NCBI GenBank assembly: GCA_040756235.1
Contig: JBFLZG010000126.1
Span: 32,001 to 96,000, forward strand
Direction: 5' to 3'
Source: a bacterium
Lineage (GTDB): Bacteria; Desulfobacterota; DSWW01
Length of the DNA: 64,000 nucleotides
Both the position numbers and the translations under genes were made by a program. Position 1 is the first letter of the stretch; each line of letters opens with the position of its first letter. The notes beneath the pieces were generated by a model that saw only the letters and a list, made by a program, of their open reading frames with translations, was not told where the DNA came from and made no database searches. This document shows, piece by piece, positions 30,927 through 42,262 of this stretch.

Positions 30927-32039
30927 TTGAAGGAAAAGAGCCCGCGGATCCTTCTGGTGCGGCTGAGCGCCGTCGGCGATGTGATCAACACCCTGCCGGC
31001 CCTCGCGGCCCTGCGACAGCGCCTGCCCCGCGCCCACCTGGCGTGGCTGGTCGAAGACGGGGCCGCAAGCATCCTCGAGGGGCATCCGCTGCTGGACGAC
31101 CTCATTGTGTTCGAAAGGAGACGTCTCGGTCGGGCACTGAAGCGGATATCCCTCTGGGTGCGGGCACCGGAGCCGATCCTGAAGCTGCGGCGGCAGTTGC
31201 GCCGCAGGCGGTTCGACCTGCTGCTCGACTTCCACGGCAACCTGAGGAGCGGCGTTCTGGGAAGCCTGGCGGAGGCCGCTCTGCGCATCGGCTTCGGCCG
31301 CCGGGACAGCCGGGAAGGCAACTTCCTGTTCAGCGACTTCCACGTGTCGCTTGCCGAGCGGCGCATTCACAGAGTGGAAAAGCACCTGGCGCTGCTCCGG
31401 CCCCTGGGCATCCGGCCGGGAGCCCCTTCGTACTGCCTGCACGTGCCGCAGGCTGCCCGGGACTTTGCGGCGGATTATGTGCGAGCCCGTTTGCAGGAGC
31501 CGCACCGCCCCCTCGTCGTCCTGCATCCGGGTACGAGCGCATTCGGAGCCCACAAACGCTGGCCTGCGGAGCACTTCGCGAGGCTTGCCGAAGGCCTCGT
31601 GGAGCGCGTGTCGGCACAAGTCCTGGTGACCCATGGCCCGGGAGAGATCGAGCTGGCGCGCCAGGTGGCGGAACAGAGCCGCCATCAGGTCCTCATGCCC
31701 GAAACGGCGTCGCTTCAGGAGCTCGCGGCTTTGATCGAGCGGGCATCCGCTTTCGTGTCGGCCGACACCGGCCCCATGCACCTGGCTGCGGCGCTGAAGG
31801 TTCCGGTGGTGGCTCTCTTCGGTCCGAAAGACCCGGTCATCTACGGCCCTTACGGCACGGCCAGCCGCGTGCTCCTGCCGCCCCTGGACTGCTCCCCCTG
31901 CGGCTCCAGGCGTTGCCCGGACGCCCCCTGTATGAGATCCATCCACCCGGAGCGGGTCTTGGATGCGGTGCTGGATCTTTTAGAGGATACGCGAGGAGTC
32001 TCATGCAACCCCTTGCACGGCCAGCCTGAAGCCCCATGA
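30927..32039 (+). CDS. GT9 heptosyltransferase-like glycosyltransferase
   Basis: VRLSAVGDV, HPG...KRWP, DTGPMHLAAA and LFGP motifs. Confidence 0.88.
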   Translation: MKEKSPRILLVRLSAVGDVINTLPALAALRQRLPRAHLAWLVEDGAASILEGHPLLDDLIVFERRRLGRALKRISLWVRAPEPILKLRRQLRRRRFDLLLDFHGNLRSGVLGSLAEAALRIGFGRRDSREGNFLFSDFHVSLAERRIHRVEKHLALLRPLGIRPGAPSYCLHVPQAARDFAADYVRARLQEPHRPLVVLHPGTSAFGAHKRWPAEHFARLAEGLVERVSAQVLVTHGPGEIELARQVAEQSRHQVLMPETASLQELAALIERASAFVSADTGPMHLAAALKVPVVALFGPKDPVIYGPYGTASRVLLPPLDCSPCGSRRCPDAPCMRSIHPERVLDAVLDLLEDTRGVSCNPLHGQPEAP

Positions 32040-33178
32040 GGTTACGCGGAAGACTGCCCCTGCCGATGAAGTCTTGCGGCCGGATCCTGGTGAGGGCCAA
32101 CAACTGGATCGGGGACGCGGTGCTGTCCACCCCGGCTCTGCACGCTCTCCGCCGCGCCTTTCCAGAAGCCGAGATCTCCGTCCTGGCCAAGCCCTGGGTC
32201 ATACCGGTCCTGCGGAACAATCCGGATGCAGACCGGATTCTGCTCTACGACGCCGGGGGCCGACACAAAGGGGTGCGCGGCGTCAACCGGCTCGGCTCGG
32301 ATTTGAGAGGAGAGCGTTTGGACTGCGCCATCCTGCTCCAGCGAGCCTTCGAGGCGGCCTGGATCGCCTTTCTCGCCCGGGTGCCTTTGAGGGTGGGCCT
32401 CCGTACGGAAGGCCGGGGGTGCCTTCTGACCCACGCGATCGCCGTATCCCGCGAGGAATTGCTGATCCCGCGGGCAAAGCATAACCTGGCGATGCTCCAG
32501 GCCGTGGGGATTGCTCCTGCGGCCAAGGGGCTGGTCTTGAGGACCAACGGCCCCGAGCTCGAGAAGGCCCGGCAAAGGCTGGCCGCCATCGGGGTCCGGC
32601 CTGACGAGCGGCTCTACGGTCTCAGCCCGGGGGCGGCTTTCGGGCCGGCCAAGCGCTGGCTGCCGGAACGCTTTGCTGCGGTTGCCGAGCGCCTCGCCGC
32701 CTTGCACCATGGAAGAGGCCTCGTTTTCGGCGGCCCCGGTGAACGGGAGCTCGGCGAGCGGATCGCCCGGGAAGCTCCAGGGGCCGCCAACCTCGCCGGC
32801 ACCACCACCCTGGACGAAGCGATCGCGCTCATCGGTCTCTGCGGGCTCTTCATCACGAACGATTCGGGTCTCATGCACATCGCGGCCGGGCTCGACGTCC
32901 CGCTGGTCGCGATCTTCGGACCCACGGACCCCAGGACCACCGCTCCCTGGTCCTCGCGCCACAGGCTCGTGCGCAAGGAAGGGGTCTGCTGCAGTCCCTG
33001 CCTCAAACGTGAATGCGAGCAAGACCACCGCTGCATGCGATCCATCTCGGTCGAGGAGGTCCTCGCCGCCGCCGCGAGCGTGATCGAGGATTACGGCTGG
33101 GCCGCCCTCCGCGAGCGCACGAGGATCCTGGAGGGGGCGCTTGCGCAACCGATTCCGGTGGTCACACTCGGCGCATAG
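32036..33178 (+). CDS. waaF: LPS heptosyltransferase II
   Basis: NWIGDAV, PGAAFGPAKRW, TNDSGLMH and FGPT motifs. Confidence 0.88.
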   Translation: MRLRGRLPLPMKSCGRILVRANNWIGDAVLSTPALHALRRAFPEAEISVLAKPWVIPVLRNNPDADRILLYDAGGRHKGVRGVNRLGSDLRGERLDCAILLQRAFEAAWIAFLARVPLRVGLRTEGRGCLLTHAIAVSREELLIPRAKHNLAMLQAVGIAPAAKGLVLRTNGPELEKARQRLAAIGVRPDERLYGLSPGAAFGPAKRWLPERFAAVAERLAALHHGRGLVFGGPGERELGERIAREAPGAANLAGTTTLDEAIALIGLCGLFITNDSGLMHIAAGLDVPLVAIFGPTDPRTTAPWSSRHRLVRKEGVCCSPCLKRECEQDHRCMRSISVEEVLAAAASVIEDYGWAALRERTRILEGALAQPIPVVTLGA

Positions 33179-33450
33179 CCTTTCCGGCTGGTTGCGCGCC
33201 CTCCTTCCTTTTCGCAAAATGACTCATTGCGGCATTCCGGAAGCTCCCCCGACCCGTGGTGCATGCGGCGCCTTCCGGCCCGACCCGCGCCGCACATGGG
33301 CAGCTTTGAAACACGCTCCCTGCAACAAGAGGACGCGCTCGACATGGTCCCGGGTCGACCCGCCGGGATGAGAGCGACCAGAGCCGCAACGAGCGCATCT
33401 AAGAGGCCTCTGCAGAGGATGGAGAAGCGATCAGAAAGGAGGTCGGGTCC

Positions 33451-33741
33451 ATGGCGTCCTGGTTCGATATCGCCGTCCGTCGCATCGGCGAGGAGCTCAA
33501 TCTCAGCCTGCGCGGCGAGTTCGACGGCAGCTCGGCAAGCCGCCTGATCGACACCCTCAAGCAAAACGGCAACGGTGTCGCAGTGGCCAAGGTCGAGGCC
33601 AACGAGCTTTGTTGGGTCGATCCGGCCGCGGTCGACATCTTTCAGAACGATCTGCTCAGCCTCGGGGACATCTGCCATCGTCTGGTCTTCTACGGCAAGC
33701 ACGCACCGGAGCTTGCGCCGGCCTGGATCGATTTTTTCTAG
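33451..33741 (+). CDS. STAS-like small protein
   Basis: Strong RBS (AAGGAGGT); L.LRGEFDGSSA STAS-type start. Confidence 0.65.
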   Translation: MASWFDIAVRRIGEELNLSLRGEFDGSSASRLIDTLKQNGNGVAVAKVEANELCWVDPAAVDIFQNDLLSLGDICHRLVFYGKHAPELAPAWIDFF

Positions 33742-33831
33742 GAGGCTGTCGGCTCCTGGCGCTGTTCTCCTGCGGCTCAGCGACCGGGAATCGGTTACGC
33801 CACCTGCACAAGACGGAAAGTCATTGACTTC

Positions 33832-35133
33832 ATGAACGCCCGCATCGAGCGGCTGTCCACCTTGATCATGGCCGGAGGAAGGGGTGCCCGGCTGGAACCG
33901 TTGACCCGCGATCGGGCGAAACCGTCCGTGCCTTTCGGCGGGACGTATCGCATCATCGACTTCACGCTTTCGAACTGCATCAATTCCGGGATCCGCCGCA
34001 TTCACGTGCTGACCCAGTACAAGTTCGACTCTCTGGCGCACCACCTCAAGATGGGGTGGAACATCTTTCACAGCGAGCAGGGGGGGTACATCGACGTCAT
34101 CCCTGCGCAGCAGCGCCTCGGGCAGCAGTGGTACAGAGGAACGGCCGACGCGGTCTATCAGAACTTCTACACGCTGAGACGCGAGGACCCGGATTTCGTG
34201 CTGATCCTGGCCGGCGACCACGTCTACAAGATGGATTATTCCAGGATGCTGCAGTTCCATATCGAGACCCGGTCGGATGTGACCGTGGGCGTCGTGGACA
34301 TGCCCGCCGACCAGAGCATCCACTTCGGCGTGCTGGAGACCGGCCCCGACGGCCGGATCCTCGGCTTCGAAGAGAAGCCCCGGCGTCCCAAGACGATTCC
34401 GGGAGCCTCCGACAAGATCCGCGCCTCGATGGGAATCTACCTGTTTAACGCGGGCGTACTGTATGGAGAGCTCCTGCCGGAGGCACTGGAACGCGGGCGG
34501 AACGACTTCGGAAAGCACGTCCTTCCCCGGTTGCTCAAGCGCAGGAAGGTCCTTTGCTACCCCTTCGAGGACGAGAATCGGGGTGAGGAGCCGTACTGGA
34601 GAGACATCGGCACGCTCGATGCCTTCTACGCGGCGAACATGGACCTGGTATCGGTGTCGCCGCGTTTCAACCTGTACGACCGGCGCTGGCCGGTGCGGAC
34701 CTACCAGCCCCAACTTCCGCCGGTCCGTACGGTCATGGCACACGACGTCGAAGGCAGCACGCCCGGCGAGGTACTGGATTCCATCCTTTCGGGCGGCTGC
34801 GTCGTGCGCGGCGGCCGGGTGGTCCGCTCCGTTCTGTCGCCGGGCGTCCAAGTCGAGGCCCGTGCGGTGGTGGAGGGCTCGGTGCTGATGGACGGCGTGG
34901 AGGTGGGACGGTCCGCGAGGATCCGCAAGGCCATCATCGACAAAGAGGTGAAGATCCCGGCCGGAGCGCACATCGGCTACAACCTCGAGCAGGATCGCAG
35001 GAGCTTCATGGTTACGGATTCGGGAGTCGTCGTGATTCCCCGGGGCGAGACGCTCGAGCCAGGATGGCCGGAGGCGCTTCGTTACCGGACGGTGCGCGGA
35101 GGCGAGGTTCTGAAACGATCCCTGGCTCGATAA
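33832..35133 (+). CDS. glgC: Glucose-1-phosphate adenylyltransferase
   Basis: AGGRGARL.PLT..RAKPSVPFGG, WYRGTADA, GDHVYKMDY, SMGIY and YWRDIGT motifs. Confidence 0.95.
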   Translation: MNARIERLSTLIMAGGRGARLEPLTRDRAKPSVPFGGTYRIIDFTLSNCINSGIRRIHVLTQYKFDSLAHHLKMGWNIFHSEQGGYIDVIPAQQRLGQQWYRGTADAVYQNFYTLRREDPDFVLILAGDHVYKMDYSRMLQFHIETRSDVTVGVVDMPADQSIHFGVLETGPDGRILGFEEKPRRPKTIPGASDKIRASMGIYLFNAGVLYGELLPEALERGRNDFGKHVLPRLLKRRKVLCYPFEDENRGEEPYWRDIGTLDAFYAANMDLVSVSPRFNLYDRRWPVRTYQPQLPPVRTVMAHDVEGSTPGEVLDSILSGGCVVRGGRVVRSVLSPGVQVEARAVVEGSVLMDGVEVGRSARIRKAIIDKEVKIPAGAHIGYNLEQDRRSFMVTDSGVVVIPRGETLEPGWPEALRYRTVRGGEVLKRSLAR

Positions 35134-35171
35134 GGGCGGAACCCCCTCTTGCGGTAGTAGGAGACAAGAAC

Positions 35172-35375
35172 ATGAGAGCGAGCGACGTCCGCTGGATTGC
35201 CAAGACCATGGGGATCGATACGTCTCACATGAAGAAAGCGGAGCTGATCCGTGCCATCCAACGCAGGAAGGACAACGTGGACTGCTACGGCTCGATCAAG
35301 GGAAGGCAATGCGAGGAGATCGCATGCCTGTGGAGGCGGGACTGCATCCTCTCCGTCACCGAAGCCTGTCGATGA
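35172..35375 (+). CDS. Small SAP/Rho-N-like Cys-rich protein
   Basis: K.ELIRAIQ...DC......C....CLWR.DC pattern. Confidence 0.7.
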   Translation: MRASDVRWIAKTMGIDTSHMKKAELIRAIQRRKDNVDCYGSIKGRQCEEIACLWRRDCILSVTEACR

Positions 35376-35471
35376 GCGGCTTTTCCGTCCTTCCGAGGAG
35401 CCCGGGCAGCCGGCGCCATCGGGCGCCCCGGTCCCTTCCGGGTCATGCAGCCATCCTCGATGCAACCTTCT

Positions 35472-35600
35472 GGATCCCGGCTCGCACGCGCTCCGCAGTT
35501 GGGCCGGGATGATGAATGAAACGTGACCCCCAACGTCGTAGGCCGGAATCCGGTCCATGCACTTTTCCGTCATTCCGGCCCAGGCCGGAATCCAGTCCCC
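35472..35600. repeat. REP-like palindromic repeat cluster
   Basis: 39-bp unit (35472-35510) is 37/39 identical to 53261-53299; also a CCGTCATTCCGGCCCAGGCCGGAATCCAG unit. Confidence 0.75.
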
Positions 35601-35702
35601 GTACCCCGCAATTGCACCGGTCGTCGATGCAACTTCCCGGATCCCGGCAGGGGCGCTGCAAGCAGCTCCCCTGCCCCCGGGGCGCGTCGAAACCCCTGAG
35701 CT

Positions 35703-36839
35703 TCACGAGCTCCGTTCGATCAGAGACCTGTAGAGCGCTTCCGTCTGCTCGACCTCCCGCTCCAGCGTGAATCTCTCTTCGAAGGTCTTCTTTCCCTCTT
35801 CCCCGATGCGCGCCCTCCGCTGCGGATCCCGGACCAGCTCGGCCCAGGCGCGGGCGAGGTCCGCCGGGTCTCCGGGCTCGAACAGGAGCCCGTTGCGGCC
35901 GTGGTCGATGACTTCCGGAACGGCCCCGGAGCGGCTCCCCACGAAGGGGCGACCGTTGGCAAGCGCTTCGATCATGACCAGCCCGAACGCCTCGGCCCTG
36001 GAAGTGAGGGTCGCGATGTCGAGAGCCTGCACCAGGGACGGGACGTCCTGCCAGAAGCCGGTCAGGATCACGCGGCCGGCCAGGCCGTCCTGGTGGGCCC
36101 TGGAGCGGATCTGCTCGGCGTAGTCGCGGTTAGCCGCGGCGCCGGCGAGCACGAATCGAGCTTGCGGATGATCCCCGAGCAGAAGCTCCGCTGCATCGAG
36201 GAAGAGGTCCTGCCGCTTGTTCGGCGAGAGCTGAGCGGCCATGCCGATCAGGATCTCCTCGGGGCCGACTCCGAGCTTCTCGCGCACGGCTCTTCCGCCT
36301 TGGGGGCTGCCCGCGACGTCGCGGTCGAGCCCGTAGTAGACGGTCCGGACTTTCTCTTCGGCGATGGGGTAGACGAGAAGACTGTTCCGCCGGACATACC
36401 CCGAGATGGCCACCATCGCGTCCAGCCGGCGCGCCAGGATCCGATGAAGCGGGTCGGTCTTGGGCCTGTGCGCGGGCGAGCACATGTGACGGGTGAAGAC
36501 CAGGGGCACCCTCCTGCGGAAGATCCCGGCCAACAGGAGCGCCTGCCAGGCGTCCCGGGAGTAATGCAAATGGAGCACGTCTACCTTCTGTTTGCGCAGA
36601 TGACGCCTCAGCCCCGCATAGGTGGCACGATCCAGGTACCAGCGAAACGGAAGTGATAGATGGGAGAAGCCGTGCTCCCGGGCGAAGCGGCTCATCCGCG
36701 AGCCGGCGCTCAGTCCGAAGATCACCGAGTGGCCCCGCTCGGCCAGACCCCGGGCCAGGACGAAGGGGTGCATCTCCATGCCGCCCCAGCCTCGGGATGA
36801 GATGAGGTAAAAGATGTTGAGCAAGGGCTTTCTCTCCAT
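35703..36839 (-). CDS. GT4 glycosyltransferase
   Basis: [21 protein letters not shown] and G.LF.PGD motifs. Confidence 0.9.
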   Translation of the reverse strand: MERKPLLNIFYLISSRGWGGMEMHPFVLARGLAERGHSVIFGLSAGSRMSRFAREHGFSHLSLPFRWYLDRATYAGLRRHLRKQKVDVLHLHYSRDAWQALLLAGIFRRRVPLVFTRHMCSPAHRPKTDPLHRILARRLDAMVAISGYVRRNSLLVYPIAEEKVRTVYYGLDRDVAGSPQGGRAVREKLGVGPEEILIGMAAQLSPNKRQDLFLDAAELLLGDHPQARFVLAGAAANRDYAEQIRSRAHQDGLAGRVILTGFWQDVPSLVQALDIATLTSRAEAFGLVMIEALANGRPFVGSRSGAVPEVIDHGRNGLLFEPGDPADLARAWAELVRDPQRRARIGEEGKKTFEERFTLEREVEQTEALYRSLIERSS

Positions 36840-37022
36840 CGCACCATGAGGCCCGGCAGGGATGGCCGGAGCGCTCTTTTCCTGCGGCTTCGTGGGGCCG
36901 TGCGCCCCTGGAGGGTCTCGCGGGTGATCGCTGGTAGCGGGTGGCTGGAAATCCGCACGGAATTGGCCAATAATACCTGCCCGACCTGGAAAAGAAAACG
37001 CCTTCGCAAGCGAGGAGCCGAG

Positions 37023-38645
37023 ATGATTTCAATGGTAGAGCCCCTTCCCTCCCGGCAGAAGCAGCCACACGTGAAGAGCGCGGTCGCCGTGATCGGCGCC
37101 GGATACTGGGGACGCAATCTGGTCAGAAACTTCCATGAGCTGGGCGCCCTGGCCGCCGTCTGCGACTCGAGCGAAGAAGTGGCCCGGAGGCACGCGGGCC
37201 AGCTTCCGGAGATCCCCTTCCATCGCAGCTATGAGGAGGTGCTGGCCGCGAACGAGATCCGGGCCGTGGTGCTGGCCGTGCCGGCGCCGGAGCACTACCG
37301 CACGGTGATGATGGCCCTCGAAGCTGGAAAGGACGTGTTTGTCGAAAAACCCATGGCCCTCCGTTATGAAGAAGGCTTGCGTCTGCACGAACGGGCCCGC
37401 CAGGACGGCCGCATTCTCATGGTGGGCCACGTGCTCCTTTTCCACCCGGCCGTGATCAGGCTCAAGGAGCTGGTCCGGGCCGGAGCGCTGGGACAGCTTC
37501 AGTACGTGTACTCGAACCGCCTCAACCTGGGGCGCTTCCGCAAAGAGGAAAACATCCTCTGGAGCTTCGCTCCGCACGACATCTCGGTGATGATGCACCT
37601 GCTCGGAGAACGGCCGGTCCGGGTCACGGCGCGCGGAAACGGTTACCTCCACCCTTCGATCGCGGACGTGACGGTGAGTTACCTCGAATTTCCGAGCGGC
37701 GTGCAGGGGCACATCTTCGTGAGCTGGCTGCACCCCATCAAGGAGCACAAGCTCGTGGTCGTGGGCACCAAGGGGATGGCGATTTTCAGCGACACGGCAG
37801 AGCACAAGCTGATCCTCTACCCGCACCGGATCGATTGGATCGACCGCGCGCCGGTGCCCGTGCGCGCGGAAGGGGAGCCGGTCGCTCTGGACGCCTCGGA
37901 GCCGTTGCGTGCCGAGTGCGCGCACTTCCTGGAATGTCTGGAAACCCGCAGGCAGCCTCTGCCGGACAGCGGCGAGGGGCTGGCGGTCCTGGAGATCCTG
38001 GACGCCTGCCAGCGGTCCCTGAATGAAGGCGCGGCCGTCTCCCTGGCCGGGGCGAGCCGGGAGGAGCCGAAGGCATCCTGCTTCGTCCATCCCAGCGCGG
38101 TCGTGGATGTGGGCGCGCGGATCGGTGCGGGCTCCCAGATCTGGCACTTCTGCCATGTCATGCAAGGCGCCCGGATCGGCGGAGGCTGCATCCTGGGGCA
38201 GAACGTCTTCGTCGGCGCCGACGTTTCCATCGGAGATGGAGTGAAGATCCAGAACAACGTGTCCGTCTACAAGGGGGTCACGCTGGAAGATCACGTCTTC
38301 TGCGGACCCTCGATGGTCTTCACGAACGTGATCAACCCGAGGAGCGAGATCGAGCGCAAAGAGGAGTTCCGCCCCACCCTGGTCAAGCAGGGCGCCACCC
38401 TGGGGGCGAACTCGACCATCCTGTGCGGCCACACGATCGGCCGCTATGCGATGGTGGGGGCCGGCGCAGTCGTCACGCATGACGTGCCCGACCACGCGCT
38501 GGTCGTCGGTGCGCCGGCCCGGCAGGCCGGCTGGGTCTGCTCCTGCGGAAATCGTCTAGCCGAAGAACGGGAGCGCCACTGGGTCTGTCCTTCCTGTCGA
38601 CGGTCGTATCACGAAGGCCACGAGGGATTGTCCGCGGCCCCGTGA
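37023..38645 (+). CDS. Fused Gfo/Idh/MocA dehydrogenase and hexapeptide N-acetyltransferase (WbpB/WlbA + WbpD/WlbB-like)
   Basis: GAGYWG, VEKP and SFAPHD, followed by [34 protein letters not shown] and a C-terminal Zn ribbon. Confidence 0.88.
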   Translation: MISMVEPLPSRQKQPHVKSAVAVIGAGYWGRNLVRNFHELGALAAVCDSSEEVARRHAGQLPEIPFHRSYEEVLAANEIRAVVLAVPAPEHYRTVMMALEAGKDVFVEKPMALRYEEGLRLHERARQDGRILMVGHVLLFHPAVIRLKELVRAGALGQLQYVYSNRLNLGRFRKEENILWSFAPHDISVMMHLLGERPVRVTARGNGYLHPSIADVTVSYLEFPSGVQGHIFVSWLHPIKEHKLVVVGTKGMAIFSDTAEHKLILYPHRIDWIDRAPVPVRAEGEPVALDASEPLRAECAHFLECLETRRQPLPDSGEGLAVLEILDACQRSLNEGAAVSLAGASREEPKASCFVHPSAVVDVGARIGAGSQIWHFCHVMQGARIGGGCILGQNVFVGADVSIGDGVKIQNNVSVYKGVTLEDHVFCGPSMVFTNVINPRSEIERKEEFRPTLVKQGATLGANSTILCGHTIGRYAMVGAGAVVTHDVPDHALVVGAPARQAGWVCSCGNRLAEERERHWVCPSCRRSYHEGHEGLSAAP

Positions 38646-40168
38646 GGTTCCGAAGGCGACCGCGATCACCTGGCCGGAAACCCGTGGGGGCATCGATGCG
38701 CGAGGGACCGAGGGCGGTTCTGGAAGATTATATGAAGGGAAGCGGACCTTGGGGGAAAGACCTCGCGGTTGCGATGGCAGCCGCGAAGGAAATGCTGGAT
38801 GCCCCCTCAGGAGCCTCCTGGGCTTATCTGCTGATCTATTTCGATCTGCTGATCCGGTGGTGGAAAGGCAGAAGCTCCGGCCCGTGGGAAGATTTGAAAT
38901 CCCTCTTCCGACGAAGAAAATACTGGGTGAACGCCAATCGCCTCGAGTCGATCCAACCGGTCATGGCGGAAATCCTTCGGCGCGACGGCCTGCCCGGGGT
39001 CCCCGAGGGGCCCGGGCTCGAACGCCCGCTCCGCATCCTTTTCCTGCAGCAGTCCCCTTGCATCCGGAATTACAAGTACGCCTACGCATTGAAAAGGCGG
39101 GGGCACAGGGTGACGCTCGCCTATATCGAGAGGCCCCTTTCGGAGCGATACGCGCTGAGTGACGACGTGTATGAGCGCAGCGTTGCGATCCGGGATTTTC
39201 GGGATTTCTGGCAGCTCTCGGAGGGATTTGATCTGATCCATTCCCACAACGAACCAGATACGTACACCGTGTTGGCCGCGGGATCTTCCGTTCCCACCAT
39301 TCACGACACGCATGATCTCATGTCTCTGGGCCCTGAAACGGGGCACGTCGTCAACCGCATCCTGGAGTGCCTGGCCAACAAGCTCTGCACGGGCAGGGTC
39401 TCGGTCAGCCCCTACCTCGTGGGTCAGGTGAAAGGCCTCTACGGGGGGCACGACGGGCTCACTGTCTACAACTTCGCGGTGCTGGAAAAGCCGTTGAGCA
39501 AGCTGCCCAAGCTATCGGAAAGAGACGGCCGTATCCACATCGTGTACGAGGGAGGCATGCAGCTCGGGCACAGCTACCGCGACCCCTCGGAGCTTTTCAT
39601 CGAGCTCTCGAAGCACGGTTTTCACGTGCACGTCTATCCGGCCACGTACAGCGAAAAAGTGGAGGAAGTATTTTCGCCTCACAAGAACATTCACTACGAG
39701 CGACCGGTGTCCCCAAAGGATCTGATTCAGATCCTCTCCCAGTATGACCTCGGGCTCATTCCATTCTCTGTTACGGAGCAGACCAGGGAAGTGCTCAATG
39801 CCTCCCTGGGAAACAAGCTGTTCGAATATCTCGCGGCCGGTTTGCCGGTGGTCGCTCCCGATCTGGTCAGCTACAGGATTTTCTTCGAGACCTATCCTTT
39901 CGGCTGCGTCTTTGGCGGAACGGAAGACCTCTTTCGGCGAATCCCTGAGGTGAGCCGGATCCGTGCGATCGACCGGACCTTTCTCTTCGACGGGCAGGTG
40001 GCGGATGTGGAGAGGTTCTATGCGAGCTGTCTGCTCCGGCACGCCGTGGACAAAGAAGGCAGAGAGGAGGTTGGTCAACGATTCAGGGCGTTCTACCGGA
40101 GAAACGTCCAGAGATGGATGACCTTTCTGCGGGGGCTCAAGAGGAGGGGCATCCGCAACCTGCCCTGA
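38642..40168 (+). CDS. GT-B (GT4-like) glycosyltransferase
   Basis: [13 protein letters not shown] and [14 protein letters not shown] motifs. Confidence 0.75.
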   Translation: MRFRRRPRSPGRKPVGASMREGPRAVLEDYMKGSGPWGKDLAVAMAAAKEMLDAPSGASWAYLLIYFDLLIRWWKGRSSGPWEDLKSLFRRRKYWVNANRLESIQPVMAEILRRDGLPGVPEGPGLERPLRILFLQQSPCIRNYKYAYALKRRGHRVTLAYIERPLSERYALSDDVYERSVAIRDFRDFWQLSEGFDLIHSHNEPDTYTVLAAGSSVPTIHDTHDLMSLGPETGHVVNRILECLANKLCTGRVSVSPYLVGQVKGLYGGHDGLTVYNFAVLEKPLSKLPKLSERDGRIHIVYEGGMQLGHSYRDPSELFIELSKHGFHVHVYPATYSEKVEEVFSPHKNIHYERPVSPKDLIQILSQYDLGLIPFSVTEQTREVLNASLGNKLFEYLAAGLPVVAPDLVSYRIFFETYPFGCVFGGTEDLFRRIPEVSRIRAIDRTFLFDGQVADVERFYASCLLRHAVDKEGREEVGQRFRAFYRRNVQRWMTFLRGLKRRGIRNLP

Positions 40169-40221
40169 GGAAATCAGGCTCCGGTCGCGTCTACCCCGGG
40201 TGGTCAGAAGGATGAAGGCCG

Positions 40222-41367
40222 ATGGGCCCTGGAAGGTCCGCTAGCAGAAGGGTCGCCGCACCGTTGCTGGCTCACGGATGGCGGCCGTCGGGGGAGAAAC
40301 CGGACCTCTTGCGGCTTCGGGCGCGGATCTTGAAGCTGGGCCGATTCCTCAAGGCCTGTGATTACACGGGGCTGGACGCCCCTTTGCCCGACACCCCGGC
40401 CAGGCTCAGTACCACCTGCGCCAGCGCCATGGAAGGATGGCTTCTCCTGTATGGTCTCGAAAAGCACGACGAGTTTCGAGAGGAGGCCATCCGGTGTGCG
40501 GAGCTCCTCATGGCCGAGCAGACGGAGCAGGGGATGTGGCTGTCTCCCTTCCCCTTCCGGCGGAACCCTCCGTCTCACCCTTACGCCTGCGAGAATTTCC
40601 TGACTCTGCGGCCGCTGATCCATTTCTACGACAGGATGGGGAGGGAGACAGGTGGCCACCGGGTGCGGCTCGCCGTGGAAAGAGGCTTGCAGGGACTGGT
40701 TGCGCATATCGGCTACAGGGCGGACGGATGCTTCTGGTACTCTCCGACCGATCAGATCGAAGTTCCCAACATCAGCAGTATGGCTGCAGCGACCTTTGCC
40801 GAGGCTTGCCAGGTTCTGCATCTCGACCACCTCGCGGCTCCCGCGCGCCTTTGCGCCGCATATTGTGTACGGCAGCAGCGGCCGGACGGCGGCTACAGGT
40901 ACTTCTCAGACCAGGAGTTTGTTTACGTGCCGTACCATGCTTTGGAGATCTGGGAGCTGGGGGACGCCAATCAGGTCCTGCGGGAGCAGGAGCTTGAACA
41001 GAGTCTCCAGCGAGCGGTGCATTTCATGGATCGGTATCTGGAGCTGCGGTCTTACCGCTCCCGGGATGATGAGCGGGGGAGACGGAGCAAACTTCTTTTC
41101 AAGACCCCTGTCTGGATGGCCAGGGCTTACCTGAGCCGGGGTCGCCACGAGAAGGCATGGGCACATCTTGATCGGGGGATGCGGATGTTCGGCATGCCCG
41201 GAGGCGATTCCTACTACTACTATCTGCGTGAGAAGAGGACACTTGGGTGGCTTCGGAGGCGCAGACCGGACCTCGGAAGCGTGTACATGAGATACAATGC
41301 TTCCTGTTTCGAGACCGGCTGCAGGCTGCTGGCAGTGCTGGGGGGAGCGCTTGATCGGGGACTATAA
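40222..41367 (+). CDS. Hypothetical alpha/alpha-toroid protein
   Basis: Repeated Q..DG.W/Y motifs (QTEQGMW, DGCFWYS, QRPDGGYRY). Confidence 0.6.
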   Translation: MGPGRSASRRVAAPLLAHGWRPSGEKPDLLRLRARILKLGRFLKACDYTGLDAPLPDTPARLSTTCASAMEGWLLLYGLEKHDEFREEAIRCAELLMAEQTEQGMWLSPFPFRRNPPSHPYACENFLTLRPLIHFYDRMGRETGGHRVRLAVERGLQGLVAHIGYRADGCFWYSPTDQIEVPNISSMAAATFAEACQVLHLDHLAAPARLCAAYCVRQQRPDGGYRYFSDQEFVYVPYHALEIWELGDANQVLREQELEQSLQRAVHFMDRYLELRSYRSRDDERGRRSKLLFKTPVWMARAYLSRGRHEKAWAHLDRGMRMFGMPGGDSYYYYLREKRTLGWLRRRRPDLGSVYMRYNASCFETGCRLLAVLGGALDRGL

Positions 41368-42262
41368 CGGCCTGTTTCTCGCCAGGGCGACCGAAAGTGC
41401 CCTTACGGGCCGTGGCGGTGGTGGTGTCGTGACCTCGACGCTCCTCCACCTCCTGCGTGAGGGAGCCATCGACAAGGCTCTGGTGACTACCGCTTCCCGC
41501 AAGGAACCCTGGGCGGAGCCGGCCCTGGTAGATACGGAAGAGGAGGTGCGTAAGGCCGCAGGATCGAAGTACACTCGTGTCGACTATCGAGGGCAGCTCG
41601 GCGGCCTGACTTGGAGGTCCGCTGCCGTCGGTCTCCCCTGTCAGCTGCGGGCTCGATTTTGCTCGAAGATCAGGATTGGGCTGTTCTGCGGACTGAACCT
41701 GTCGCCCGTCGGATACGATCACCTTTTCCATAAGCTGGGTTTCGGGCGAGAAGAAATTGAATTCTTGGAGTACAGGGCTCCCCAGCAGGACTATCTGGAC
41801 ATCAGGCTGAAGGACGGGAGGCGGATCACCTACCCCCGATACTATTGGCTCGCCTATTTCTATCCGTACAAGAGGTGCATCTACTGCCAGGATTTCACCA
41901 ACCGAGCGAGCGACCTGAGTGTCGGAGACTTCCAGCCCGGGTGGTCCTGCGTGATCACGCGGACCGAAACAGGCAGGCAGACCCTGATCGCTGCCGAACG
42001 GAAGGGGCTCGTTACGCTGGAGGAGCTCCCGCTCGCGCGGTTTGTCGAGGTCAAGGCGGCGAGTCTCTTTCACAAGGAAGTGATGGGCGGCTACTGGAGA
42101 ACCCGGTTCGTCAGACCCAGAGGCAAGCTCTTCCGGATGGTGCCGTTGAGGATCCTGAGATGGAAGGGAATTCGGTATGGCAGGCAACTTGCGGAACGCA
42201 GCCGCCGTTACTTTGAGAGAGAGGTTGCAGGAGAGCCTCCTGCGCCTCCACCGGTGGCGTGA
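41351..42262 (+). CDS. FrhB/FdhB (F420 hydrogenase beta subunit)-like protein without N-terminal ferredoxin
   Basis: GGVVT, GSKY, VGLPCQ, IGLFC and RC..C.DF....SDLSVGD motifs; TTG start at 41351. Confidence 0.8.
   Translation: MIGDYNGLFLARATESALTGRGGGGVVTSTLLHLLREGAIDKALVTTASRKEPWAEPALVDTEEEVRKAAGSKYTRVDYRGQLGGLTWRSAAVGLPCQLRARFCSKIRIGLFCGLNLSPVGYDHLFHKLGFGREEIEFLEYRAPQQDYLDIRLKDGRRITYPRYYWLAYFYPYKRCIYCQDFTNRASDLSVGDFQPGWSCVITRTETGRQTLIAAERKGLVTLEELPLARFVEVKAASLFHKEVMGGYWRTRFVRPRGKLFRMVPLRILRWKGIRYGRQLAERSRRYFEREVAGEPPAPPPVA

Noticed and set aside
33179..33450. Riboswitch in the leader upstream of STAS/glgC
   Set aside because: GC hairpins are present but I recognise no aptamer consensus.
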